Source: PVC group bacterium
GTDB lineage: Bacteria > GCA-001730085 > JADFSZ01
DNA: 11,114 nt
Direction of reading: 5' to 3'
Assembly: GCA_022560555.1 (NCBI GenBank)
Contig: JADFSZ010000043.1
Span: 1 to 11,114, forward strand
Part shown: in pieces, positions 1 to 7,681 of the stretch
Layout of the letters: every line of letters starts with the position of its first letter
Position numbering within the stretch: the first letter of the stretch is position 1
The notes under the pieces: model-generated
The model's input: only the letters and a program-made list of their open reading frames with translations
The model's database searches: none
What the model was told of the DNA's origin: nothing
Made by a program: the position numbers and the translations under genes

Positions 1-689
1 ACTTTATTTAAGATATCCTCGCTGATTTCGGGTGAATTATGAAAGAAAAGATTCCTGTTTACGCAAGCGACGCATGTGACGTAGTGCGAAACAACGCTCA
101 CATCATGACTCACGATAATGATCGTGATCCTTTGATTGAGCTTCTTTAAAAGTTCATAGAGGCGCGTTTGCCCTTCGGTATCAATGCTGGTCGTCGGTTC
201 ATCGAGAATAAGAATTCTGGGTTCTGTCGCGAGAGCACGGGCGATAAACACGCGCTGGCGTTGTCCCATAGATAAATTTCCCATACGCTTTTGCGCTAGA
301 TGCCGGACCTCCATCGCTTCGAGCGCTTTTTGGACGACCGTTTGATCTTTTTTGGATGAACGACCGAAAAACATTTTGTGCCCCAGGCGTCCCATTTTGA
401 CAACATCTTGGACAGAGATGGGAAAATCAAGATTGATATTCGGGTTTTGTCCGACATATCCGCACGAGCGTTTCGCTCGATTTGGCGCGGATCCAAAAAT
501 CCTAACGAGCCCCTGTGTGGGTGAAAGGAGGCCCAAAAGGATTTTAAGCAATGTAGTTTTTCCACCGCCGTTCGGTCCAATGATGGCTAAAAAATCTTTT
601 TCTCGAATCGAAAATGAAATATTCTCAAGGATCACGTTCGCGTCATAAGCAAACGAAAGATTTTTGACTTCTATCGCGCTATTCGGCAT
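1..689 (-). CDS. Metal-uptake ABC transporter ATP-binding subunit (ZnuC/TroB-like); C-terminal end runs off the left window edge
   Basis: Hand translation of the minus strand from ATG 689..687 is stop-free to position 1. It reads MPNSAIEVKNLSFAYDANVILENISFSIREKDFLAIIGPNGGGKTTLLK...LSMGQRQRVFIARALATEPRILILDEPTTSID...IIIVSHDVSVV. Walker A (GPNGGGKT), ABC signature variant (LSMGQ), Walker B (ILILDEP) and H-loop (VSHD) are all present. It is absent from the ORF track, presumably because it has no stop inside the window. Its ATG overlaps the upstream gene's TAG (681..679) by 11 nt. Confidence 0.9.
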   Translation of the reverse strand, partial: MPNSAIEVKNLSFAYDANVILENISFSIREKDFLAIIGPNGGGKTTLLKILLGLLSPTQGLVRIFGSAPNRAKRSCGYVGQNPNINLDFPISVQDVVKMGRLGHKMFFGRSSKKDQTVVQKALEAMEVRHLAQKRMGNLSMGQRQRVFIARALATEPRILILDEPTTSIDTEGQTRLYELLKKLNQRITIIIVSHDVSVVSHYVTCVACVNRNLFFHNSPEISEDILNK

Positions 690-1569
690 CAGTTGCCTCC
701 ATAGCGGACAAAAGGATTTGGGCGGCAACTTCGCGGATATTTTCATACCAATCGACTGCGAGGGGATCGATCAAAACGACTTTCCCTCCAATGGATTTAG
801 CGATGATATCCGCCGATTTTGTGGAAACGTGCGGACTTGCGAAAACAGTTTTGATGCTATATTTTTTGGCGATTTTTATGAGCCCGGCAAGTTCTTGCGC
901 TTTGGGATTCTTTCCGTTTTTTTCTATCGAAAGCTGGATGAGGTTATAGCTATCCGCGAAATATCCCCATGAGGGGTGGTGAACAAGAAAAGTAAATGGT
1001 GTTTTGACAAACGCGTAGGATTTCCGGATTTCGATATCTAAATCGATAAGGTCATTTGATAATTTCCCAAAATTTTTTTTATAAATATTTTTATTTTCCG
1101 GATCGAATTTTATGAAAGCGTTCGCGATATTTTTTACTTGAATGAGAACACGGCCAGGATCGAGCCATATGTGCGGATCAAAATCTTGAGGATGTCTCTT
1201 TCGAGAACGGAGTATATGATGAAGGGGAATTTTGTCTACGTCTTCATCCGTATGGATGATTTTAAGATCCGGATTAAGATTTGCGAATCGCTCAAGCCAC
1301 ATGGCTTCGAAGGGGACTCCGATCGCAAAGTATAAATGAGCGCGAGAAACTTGAACCATTTGCTGCGGTGTGGGCTCATATGTTTCGGGTGATTTTCCGG
1401 GCCGGACGAGGGATTGAACGGTCCATGTGTCACCGGCAATTTTTTGAATAAAATATTCTTGAGGTGGGATGCTCGCAAGAACGGTCATATCCTCGCCTTC
1501 GCCGTGCGCACTAAAACAGGGGGTGAAGAGCGTGAGCCATAGGAAGATTCGTGTGAACAGGGTTTTCAT
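679..1569 (-). CDS. Periplasmic metal-binding protein of a metal ABC importer (TroA/ZnuA family)
   Basis: Listed ORF 679..1680. I place the start at ATG 1569..1567, which gives MKTLFTRIFLWLTLFTPCFSAHG, a signal-peptide-like N-terminus. The ORF-track start at 1680 is a TTG, and its first 37 codons overlap the Fur-family gene. The DPHIWLDP motif and overall layout are typical of the ZnuA/TroA/MntC family. Metal specificity cannot be called from sequence alone. ATG 1596 is an alternative start. Confidence 0.85.
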   Translation of the reverse strand: MKTLFTRIFLWLTLFTPCFSAHGEGEDMTVLASIPPQEYFIQKIAGDTWTVQSLVRPGKSPETYEPTPQQMVQVSRAHLYFAIGVPFEAMWLERFANLNPDLKIIHTDEDVDKIPLHHILRSRKRHPQDFDPHIWLDPGRVLIQVKNIANAFIKFDPENKNIYKKNFGKLSNDLIDLDIEIRKSYAFVKTPFTFLVHHPSWGYFADSYNLIQLSIEKNGKNPKAQELAGLIKIAKKYSIKTVFASPHVSTKSADIIAKSIGGKVVLIDPLAVDWYENIREVAAQILLSAMEATDAE

Positions 1570-2005
1570 AAAGAGACCTTTGAATGTTTTTGGCATTGTT
1601 CGCAAATTCCCGAAAGACGGATGGAAATATCTCGAACAGAAAATTGGTTGCGACACGCATGATCTGAACGGATTCATCAAATCCGATATGATCTAAGCAA
1701 AAAATCTTTTGGCATTGATCGCACTTAAAATGCGGATGGACGGGTTTATGAACACAAGCGGCTTCGAAATGCTGGGTGCCGTTATGATCAAACACTTCTC
1801 GCAGGAGGCGGTTTTTTACCAGTGCGTGGCAGATACGATACACGGTGACCAGATCAAGGGGGATTTTTCTCTTAACCTTTGAATGTAAAGAATTTGCATT
1901 AACAGGTCTTGGATGCCTCAAAATTTCTTCAAGGACAGCCAGGCGTGTGGGTGTTATTTTCAGTTTTTTCGACTGAAGAAGGTGTTTTGCATTGCATTTG
2001 TCCAT
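1511..2005 (-). CDS. Fur-family transcriptional repressor (Zur-like by context); the ORF tail after about codon 114 looks out of frame (apparent 1-nt indel, see finding)
   Basis: The N-terminal winged-helix pattern (ITPTRLAVLEEIL...LVTVYRICHALVKNRLL) and HPHFKCDQC (first CxxC, C95/C98) are typical of Fur, Zur and PerR. The remaining frame-0 tail has no second CxxC and runs 59 nt into the next gene. The -1 frame supplies ...FSVRDISIRLSGICEQCQKHSKVSL and stops at 1568..1566. Confidence 0.8.
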   Translation of the reverse strand: MDKCNAKHLLQSKKLKITPTRLAVLEEILRHPRPVNANSLHSKVKRKIPLDLVTVYRICHALVKNRLLREVFDHNGTQHFEAACVHKPVHPHFKCDQCQKIFCLDHIGFDESVQIMRVATNFLFEIFPSVFREFANNAKNIQRSLYENPVHTNLPMAHALHPLF

Positions 2006-2013
2006 AGGGGGCC

Positions 2014-2041
2014 ATTATATGTAAACGCAAATGATTTGCAA
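2014..2041 (-). promoter_or_regulatory. Putative sigma70 promoter of the Fur-family gene with an embedded Fur/Zur-box-like palindrome
   Basis: The minus strand reads TTGCAA (2041..2036), a 16-nt spacer, TATAAT (2019..2014), then 8 nt (GGCCCCCT) to ATG 2005. The perfect palindrome GCAAAT-C-ATTTGC (2027..2039) spans the -35 element and the spacer. No Shine-Dalgarno sequence is present. Confidence 0.45.
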
Positions 2042-2093
2042 GTAAAATTTATGTGAATCAAAGTCAAAAAGATGAAATGAGGAGAGTTGCTTG

Positions 2094-2164
2094 CTGGGGA
2101 ACTAGGATTTGAACCTAGACTGGAAGGTCCAGAACCTTCTGTGCTACCGTTACACAATTCCCCA
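2094..2164 (-). tRNA. tRNA-Gln, anticodon CUG
   Basis: The minus strand reads TGGGGAA TT GTGT AACGGTA GCAC A GAAGG TTCTGGA CCTTC CAGT CTAGG TTCAAAT CCTAG TTCCCCA G. This is a 7-bp acceptor stem, D arm, 5-bp anticodon stem with loop UUCUGGA (CUG at positions 34-36), T arm with TTCAAAT loop and discriminator G. The layout parallels E. coli tRNA-Gln as I recall it. No CCA is encoded, since the next bases are CAA. Confidence 0.9.
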
Positions 2165-2225
2165 GCAAACAACTTACATGATTTGAAATAATTGCTAAAA
2201 CAGGATTTGGCGCCTTCTTCCCAAA

Positions 2226-2254
2226 ACTATACCCAGAGATTTTCAAAAAGTCAA
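2226..2254 (-). promoter_or_regulatory. Putative sigma70 promoter upstream of tRNA-Gln
   Basis: The minus strand reads TTGACT (2254..2249), a 17-nt spacer, then TATAGT (2231..2226), about 60 nt upstream of the mature tRNA 5' end. A weaker alternative (TTAGCA-16-TAAGTT) ends 6 nt before the tRNA. Confidence 0.4.
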
Positions 2255-2286
2255 TCATCTGGTTTTCTTGACTGGCGAGAGAAATA

Positions 2287-3282
2287 TTATTGGGGCTTTT
2301 GGGCTTTGCTTAATTTGAGCGTTTGAATACGCTGAGCTATGCCTGTTTCGATAGCTTGAAAGGCGTTCATATTTAGTTCCCAAGATTTGAGGGAAAGAAT
2401 GTTTTCAGCTTGTTCCTTAGATCTCATCCCGACAATCGTGCTTGTAAGCACTTTATTTCGTAAAACCCAAGCAATAGCTAGTTGAGCGGGTGTCAGATTT
2501 TCTTCCTCAGCAATTCCTTTGAGCGATTCGACTAGTTGAAGATTGGCCCCAAGTTCCGGCTCCTGAAAGGAAGGATTTTTGGTTTTACGCCAGTCCGTGT
2601 CTGGAAGTTGGTGGATTCGTTTGTGTGTCCAGGTTCCTGTTAACAAGCCGCATTGCATCGGACTGTAGGCGACCACGCCGATGTGATGTTCTTGGCAATG
2701 AGGAAGAATGTCACGCTCAATTTCGGGACGCAAAATATTGTAAGGAGGTTGAAGGGATGTGATCGGGGCTATAGATGCTATGCGAGTCATCTGTTTGACG
2801 GAAAAGTTTGACACACCGATAGCGCGCACTTTGCCTTCTTCTACGAATTTGGATAGGGTGCTCCATGCATCTTCTATTTCACCAGCGGGATCCGGCCAAT
2901 GAATCTGATAAAGATCGATACAATCTCTCTTGAGCCTTTTGAGGCTGGCTTCGAGCTCTTTTCGGAGATTCTTCGGCCTCAGGCATCCGAAAACGGATTT
3001 TTGAGAATCCCAATTGAGCCCGCATTTGGTTGCGACAATCACATCCGGCCGACCCTGAAGAGCCTTTCCGACAATCTCCTCTGCGTGCCCCAAGCCATAA
3101 ACTGGGGCTGTATCGATCCAATTGATACCAAGGTCCAGTGCGCTATGGATGGCTTGGATCGAGTCAGAGTCGTTCTGAGCCCCCCAGCCATAAGCCCAGC
3201 CGGAACCTCCGATGGCCCATGTTCCAATGCCGAGGACAGTAAGAGATAGATCTGAGCTCCCTAATGGGCGTTTTTCGAGCAT
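2287..3282 (-). CDS. Aldo/keto reductase family oxidoreductase
   Basis: The 331-aa ORF MLEKRPLGSSDLSLTVLGIGTWAIGG...INWIDTAPVYGLGHAEEIVGKAL...DLYQIHWPD...GVSNFS...QPPYNIL matches AKR superfamily hallmarks, including the D/Y/K/H catalytic-region motifs. Confidence 0.9.
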   Translation of the reverse strand: MLEKRPLGSSDLSLTVLGIGTWAIGGSGWAYGWGAQNDSDSIQAIHSALDLGINWIDTAPVYGLGHAEEIVGKALQGRPDVIVATKCGLNWDSQKSVFGCLRPKNLRKELEASLKRLKRDCIDLYQIHWPDPAGEIEDAWSTLSKFVEEGKVRAIGVSNFSVKQMTRIASIAPITSLQPPYNILRPEIERDILPHCQEHHIGVVAYSPMQCGLLTGTWTHKRIHQLPDTDWRKTKNPSFQEPELGANLQLVESLKGIAEEENLTPAQLAIAWVLRNKVLTSTIVGMRSKEQAENILSLKSWELNMNAFQAIETGIAQRIQTLKLSKAQKPQ

Positions 3283-3385
3283 ATGATTGTTAGAAGGCTG
3301 GCATTATGATTAAGAATGTAAAAATCGATTGTTCCTCTTTGCAGAATATGATATCGTAAATAACGTGTGGTGCAAATAAAGATTT

Positions 3386-3415
3386 TTCATGAAATGAGGG
3401 TTCCTAGAGTATAAG
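3386..3415 (+). promoter_or_regulatory. Weak candidate promoter for the receiver gene (short or absent leader)
   Basis: TTCATG (3386..3391), an 18-nt spacer, TATAAG (3410..3415), then 10 nt to ATG 3426. No Shine-Dalgarno sequence lies before the ATG. The match to consensus is only moderate. Confidence 0.3.
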
Positions 3416-3425
3416 ACGTAAGTTT

Positions 3426-3806
3426 ATGGTCGAACAAAAGAAAAAAATTCTGATTGTGGATGATGAGCCTGAATTTGCGAAACTGATTAAAACTCGACTT
3501 ACATCTGAAGGGTATCTTGTTGATACGGCCAAGGATGGACAACAGGGATTAGATAAGGTTAAGGCATGTCCCGATTTGGTTATTCTCGATGTAATGATGC
3601 CCAATTTGGGCGGTATTGAATTTGCCAAAATCATCAAGGAATCACCCCAAACAGCCAAAATTCCTATTATATTTCTTACCGCAAAGGAAGATGAACAGAC
3701 ACGGATTGACGGGATTCGGTCCGGCGCGGATTATTTTCTCACAAAGCCCTTTGATTCGGCGGAACTGCTTGAAATCATTAAAAAACTGGTGCATAGAAAC
3801 GCTTAG
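3426..3806 (+). CDS. Stand-alone response regulator receiver domain (CheY-like), no output domain
   Basis: The 126-aa ORF has the acidic pair (IVDDE), a phospho-acceptor Asp (VILDVMMP), a conserved Thr (FLTAK) and a conserved Lys (LTKPF). Confidence 0.9.
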   Translation: MVEQKKKILIVDDEPEFAKLIKTRLTSEGYLVDTAKDGQQGLDKVKACPDLVILDVMMPNLGGIEFAKIIKESPQTAKIPIIFLTAKEDEQTRIDGIRSGADYFLTKPFDSAELLEIIKKLVHRNA

Positions 3807-3872
3807 ATTGATATCATAAAATATTTATAAGATTAATGGTGCAATTTTTTTGGAAATCCATCCCGAAATCCA

Positions 3873-3900
3873 TTGACACCCCTAGGCTAAACCGTATAAT
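3873..3900 (+). promoter_or_regulatory. Near-consensus sigma70 promoter of the gap-pgk operon
   Basis: TTGACA (3873..3878), a 16-nt spacer, then TATAAT (3895..3900). Both hexamers match consensus perfectly. The predicted leader to gap ATG 4023 is about 115 nt. Confidence 0.6.
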
Positions 3901-4001
3901 ACACATTCCAAATTTTACAGTATTTATATAGAGTCACATTTTCATGAGGATTTGGATGTGTTGGGGACTCTTATCAATTTAGAGAAAAATTCGAAAATTA
4001 G

Positions 4002-5027
<1,026 letters not shown>

Positions 5028-5049
5028 TTTATGCGGCCGGAGTTGAACG

Positions 5050-6342
5050 ATGAGCGCACAAAATATGGTCATGGGAAAAACAATATCTAAAAAAACCATC
5101 GAGGACATTGATGTATCCGGAAAACGGGTGCTTATTCGTGTGGATTTCAATGTGCCTCAGGATGCCGATGGACGGATCACGGATGATCGCCGCATTAAGG
5201 GGGCGCTTCCGACGATTGAGTATCTTCTCTCAAAAAATTGCGCCGTAATTTTGATGAGTCATATGGGGCGTCCTAAGGGGCAGGTTCATGACAAGTACAG
5301 ACTTGATCAAGTCCGCGTACGTTTAAGTGAGTTGCTCGGACGGGATGTTTTTAAAACAGCTGATTGTATCGGGGACATTGTTTGGGAAAAGGCCAATGCG
5401 CTGCAATCCGGACAAATTCTCCTTTTAGAAAACTTACGTTTTCATTCTGAGGAAGAAGAGAATGATCCGGAGTTTGCGAAAAAATTGGCCGGACTTGCCG
5501 ATGTGTATGTGAATGACGCGTTTGGCACGGCACATCGCGCACATGCGTCCACGGAGGGGATCACGAAGTATCTACCGAGTGTGGCCGGTTTTTTGATGGA
5601 AAAAGAGATACAATTTTTGTCCGGAATTTTAGAAAACCCCGGTCGTCCCTTTGTAGCTATTATAGGGGGCGCAAAAGTATCGGACAAAATAAAAGTTATT
5701 GATAGTCTTTTGGATAAGGTGGATGTTCTGCTCATTGGCGGGGCTATGGCCTACACATTTTTAAAAGAGCAGGGTGTAGCTGTCGGAGCGTCTCTTGTCG
5801 AAGGTGTCATTGAAGACAAAAAAGGACAAAAGGTGGATTGTCCGGCTTTGGCCCGTCAGGCTATTGAGAAAGCCAAAACGAACAATAGTAGGCTTTTGCT
5901 TCCCGTTGACCATATTCAGGCAAAACCCGTAAAAGAGATGGATGCCGGCGGTCATGAAAAGCTAGTTTGGAAAGAAGCTTCTTTGAACGGGGTGAAGGAT
6001 ATCCAGGAAGGATTTGCCGGTGTGGATATAGGGCCTGAGACGTCCCGGATTTACGCCGAAGAAATTCAAAAAGCGAAAACAGTAATTTGGAACGGTCCGA
6101 TGGGTATTTTTGAAGAGAAACCATTTAGCAAGGGGACACTCGAAGTGGCCCGCGCGTGCGCGGCCACAAGCGAACAAGGAGGCATAACGGTGGTTGGCGG
6201 CGGGGATAGTGTGGCAGCCGTTGAATCCTTGGGTTACTCTCAAAAGATTACGCATATCTCTACGGGAGGAGGAGCCGCTCTGGAATTACTTGAAGGAAAA
6301 ACACTCCCCGGGTTGGCAGTATTAGAGGATAAAGATGCATAA
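5050..6342 (+). CDS. pgk: Phosphoglycerate kinase
   Basis: Diagnostic motifs GKRVLIRVDFNVP, SHMGRPKG, VNDAFGTAHRAHAST, WNGPMGIFE and STGGGAALE are present. GGAG lies 8 nt before ATG 5050. At 430 aa it is longer than the roughly 390-400 aa I recall as typical. The internal Met residues at codons 6 and 8 are alternative starts. Confidence 0.95.
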   Translation: MSAQNMVMGKTISKKTIEDIDVSGKRVLIRVDFNVPQDADGRITDDRRIKGALPTIEYLLSKNCAVILMSHMGRPKGQVHDKYRLDQVRVRLSELLGRDVFKTADCIGDIVWEKANALQSGQILLLENLRFHSEEEENDPEFAKKLAGLADVYVNDAFGTAHRAHASTEGITKYLPSVAGFLMEKEIQFLSGILENPGRPFVAIIGGAKVSDKIKVIDSLLDKVDVLLIGGAMAYTFLKEQGVAVGASLVEGVIEDKKGQKVDCPALARQAIEKAKTNNSRLLLPVDHIQAKPVKEMDAGGHEKLVWKEASLNGVKDIQEGFAGVDIGPETSRIYAEEIQKAKTVIWNGPMGIFEEKPFSKGTLEVARACAATSEQGGITVVGGGDSVAAVESLGYSQKITHISTGGGAALELLEGKTLPGLAVLEDKDA

Positions 6343-6343
6343 A

Positions 6344-6438
6344 CCACAAAGGACACAAAGATCACAGAGAAAACATTTTTATATTTAAGAACTGAGATTA
6401 AAATCTTTTATCTCTGAGCCCTCTGTGAACTCTGTGGT
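6344..6438. repeat. Imperfect inverted repeat built from three 9-nt-period heptamers per arm, in the pgk-tpiA spacer
   Basis: The left arm is CACAAAG (6345..6351), CACAAAG (6354..6360) and CACAGAG (6363..6369). The right arm is CTCTGAG (6412..6418), CTCTGTG (6421..6427) and CTCTGTG (6430..6436). By my count 19 of 26 aligned arm positions are complementary. The AT-rich 42-nt loop contains a small GAGAT/ATCTC hairpin (6394..6398 with 6410..6414). Confidence 0.6.
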
Positions 6439-6461
6439 GAAAGAAAGATGGAGAACCATTA

Positions 6462-7217
6462 ATGCGAACACCCGTTATAGCCGGCAACTGGAAGATGTAT
6501 AAAAATATCGACGAAGCCAAGTCGCTTGCAATCGAGCTGAAGAATCTTGTTTCAGAGGTGAGGGATCGTCAAGTATTTATCTGTCCGAGTTTTGTGTGTC
6601 TGGCAGCCGTCAGGGATATTGTGAAAGACACCCGTATCGCTCTTGGAGCGCAAAACGTGAATTATGAAGAAGAAGGCGCTTACACGGGAGAAGTATCTGC
6701 CGATATGCTCAAAAGTATCGGTGTGTCTTTTGTGATACTCGGACATTCTGAGAGACGGGCTTACTTTCATGAAACTGACGAGTCTATTAATAAAAAACTT
6801 AAAAAAGTTTTATCAAAATCGATGACACCCATCGTTTGTGTCGGGGAGCTTTTAGAAGATCGGGAACGAGGGAGTACGGCGGATGTAATCAAAAAGCAGA
6901 TCCATGGATGCTTAGAAAATATATCACCTGAGGATTTGATCAAAATTGTGATTGCGTATGAGCCCGTGTGGGCCATTGGGACGGGCAAGACTGCCAGCCC
7001 GGAACAGGCCGAAGAGGTCCACGCTCTCATCAGAGGCGAATTAAAAAGTAAATATAATAATTCGGTTTCCGAACAAGTTCGTATACAATACGGAGGGTCA
7101 GTTAAACCGGGCAATATTGATGAATTGATGAAGAAACCCAATATTGATGGTGCCCTTGTCGGAGGAGCGAGTTTGAAGGCCGAAGATTTCGCGCGTATTG
7201 TTAAATTTGAAGGATAG
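6462..7217 (+). CDS. tpiA: Triosephosphate isomerase
   Basis: MRTPVIAGNWKMYKN, ILGHSERR, IAYEPVWAIGTGKTA and GGASLK are the classic TIM motifs. GGAG lies 9 nt upstream of the ATG. Confidence 0.95.
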   Translation: MRTPVIAGNWKMYKNIDEAKSLAIELKNLVSEVRDRQVFICPSFVCLAAVRDIVKDTRIALGAQNVNYEEEGAYTGEVSADMLKSIGVSFVILGHSERRAYFHETDESINKKLKKVLSKSMTPIVCVGELLEDRERGSTADVIKKQIHGCLENISPEDLIKIVIAYEPVWAIGTGKTASPEQAEEVHALIRGELKSKYNNSVSEQVRIQYGGSVKPGNIDELMKKPNIDGALVGGASLKAEDFARIVKFEG

Positions 7218-7225
7218 GTGAAAAA

Positions 7226-7681
7226 ATGTATTTTGCTCTCATTGTTTTACATGTGACCGTGTGTATTCTGTTGATTGTCATCGTTTTGCTTCAAGCCGGA
7301 CGCGGGGGTGGTCTGTCCGGGGCTTTTGGTGTTGGTGATGGACAGAATGTGTTCGGAACACAAGCCACAACTTTTCTTTCAAAGGCCACTACGGCTTTTG
7401 CCGTTATTTTTATGGTTGGATCCCTGCTTTTGACGATCTCTTCAGGCCGCCGTTCGGAATCGGTGATGGAGAATGCGGAATTACCGAGTGTGACACAAGC
7501 TATTCCTCAAGAAAGTTTTGACGATGATCTGAGCAGGATCAAGGTCCCGCTTGGGGGAATCGATTCATCCGGGGATATCTTGGAAGATAATCGCTCCAGC
7601 GATATGTCGATGGATACGATAAGCTCCGAAGAGATAAACGAGGAGAGTGTTCCTGAACTTGACCAGGATGAAGATTTATAG
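7226..7681 (+). CDS. secG: Preprotein translocase subunit SecG with a long acidic C-terminal extension
   Basis: The N-terminal roughly 71 aa (LLQAGRGGGLSGAFGVGDGQNVFG...two TM segments) match the SecG pattern. AGGTGA lies 5-6 nt before the ATG, and the gene starts 8 nt after the tpiA stop. The remaining roughly 80 aa are acidic and Ser-rich. Confidence 0.85.
   Translation: MYFALIVLHVTVCILLIVIVLLQAGRGGGLSGAFGVGDGQNVFGTQATTFLSKATTAFAVIFMVGSLLLTISSGRRSESVMENAELPSVTQAIPQESFDDDLSRIKVPLGGIDSSGDILEDNRSSDMSMDTISSEEINEESVPELDQDEDL

Noticed and set aside
296-648. ORFs 296..580 (-) and 352..648 (+) at the left end.
   Set aside because: Both overlap the stop-free minus-strand frame that encodes a complete set of ABC ATPase motifs. 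They are alternative-frame artefacts.
1645-1676. Programmed -1 ribosomal frameshifting as the explanation for the split Fur-family reading frame.
   Set aside because: The permitted shift window contains no X-XXY-YYZ slippery heptamer, homopolymer run or obvious downstream stimulatory structure. An indel, biological or from assembly, is more parsimonious.
664-1696. Plus-strand ORFs 664..972, 1138..1335 and 1469..1696, and minus-strand ORF 1236..1478, overlapping the metal-binding protein gene.
   Set aside because: They are antisense or out of frame to a well-supported TroA/ZnuA-family CDS, and none has a Shine-Dalgarno sequence or recognisable motifs.
1960-2172. 70-aa minus-strand ORF spanning the tRNA-Gln and the regulator's promoter.
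   Set aside because: It is fully explained by the tRNA gene plus the promoter and 5' end of the Fur-family gene.
2243-2273. Hairpin AGTCAA-N13-TTGACT followed by TTTTT on the minus strand, just after the AKR stop, as a possible terminator.
   Set aside because: The stem is only 6 bp with two G-C pairs and the loop is 13 nt. The same TTGACT doubles as the -35 of the tRNA promoter. It is too weak to call.
3279-3320. Approximate direct repeat GCATATGATTGTTAGAAG / GCATTATGATTAAGAATG in the AKR-receiver divergent spacer.
   Set aside because: It is AT-rich, needs gaps to align and has no symmetry or periodicity. It cannot be distinguished from chance in an AT-rich spacer.
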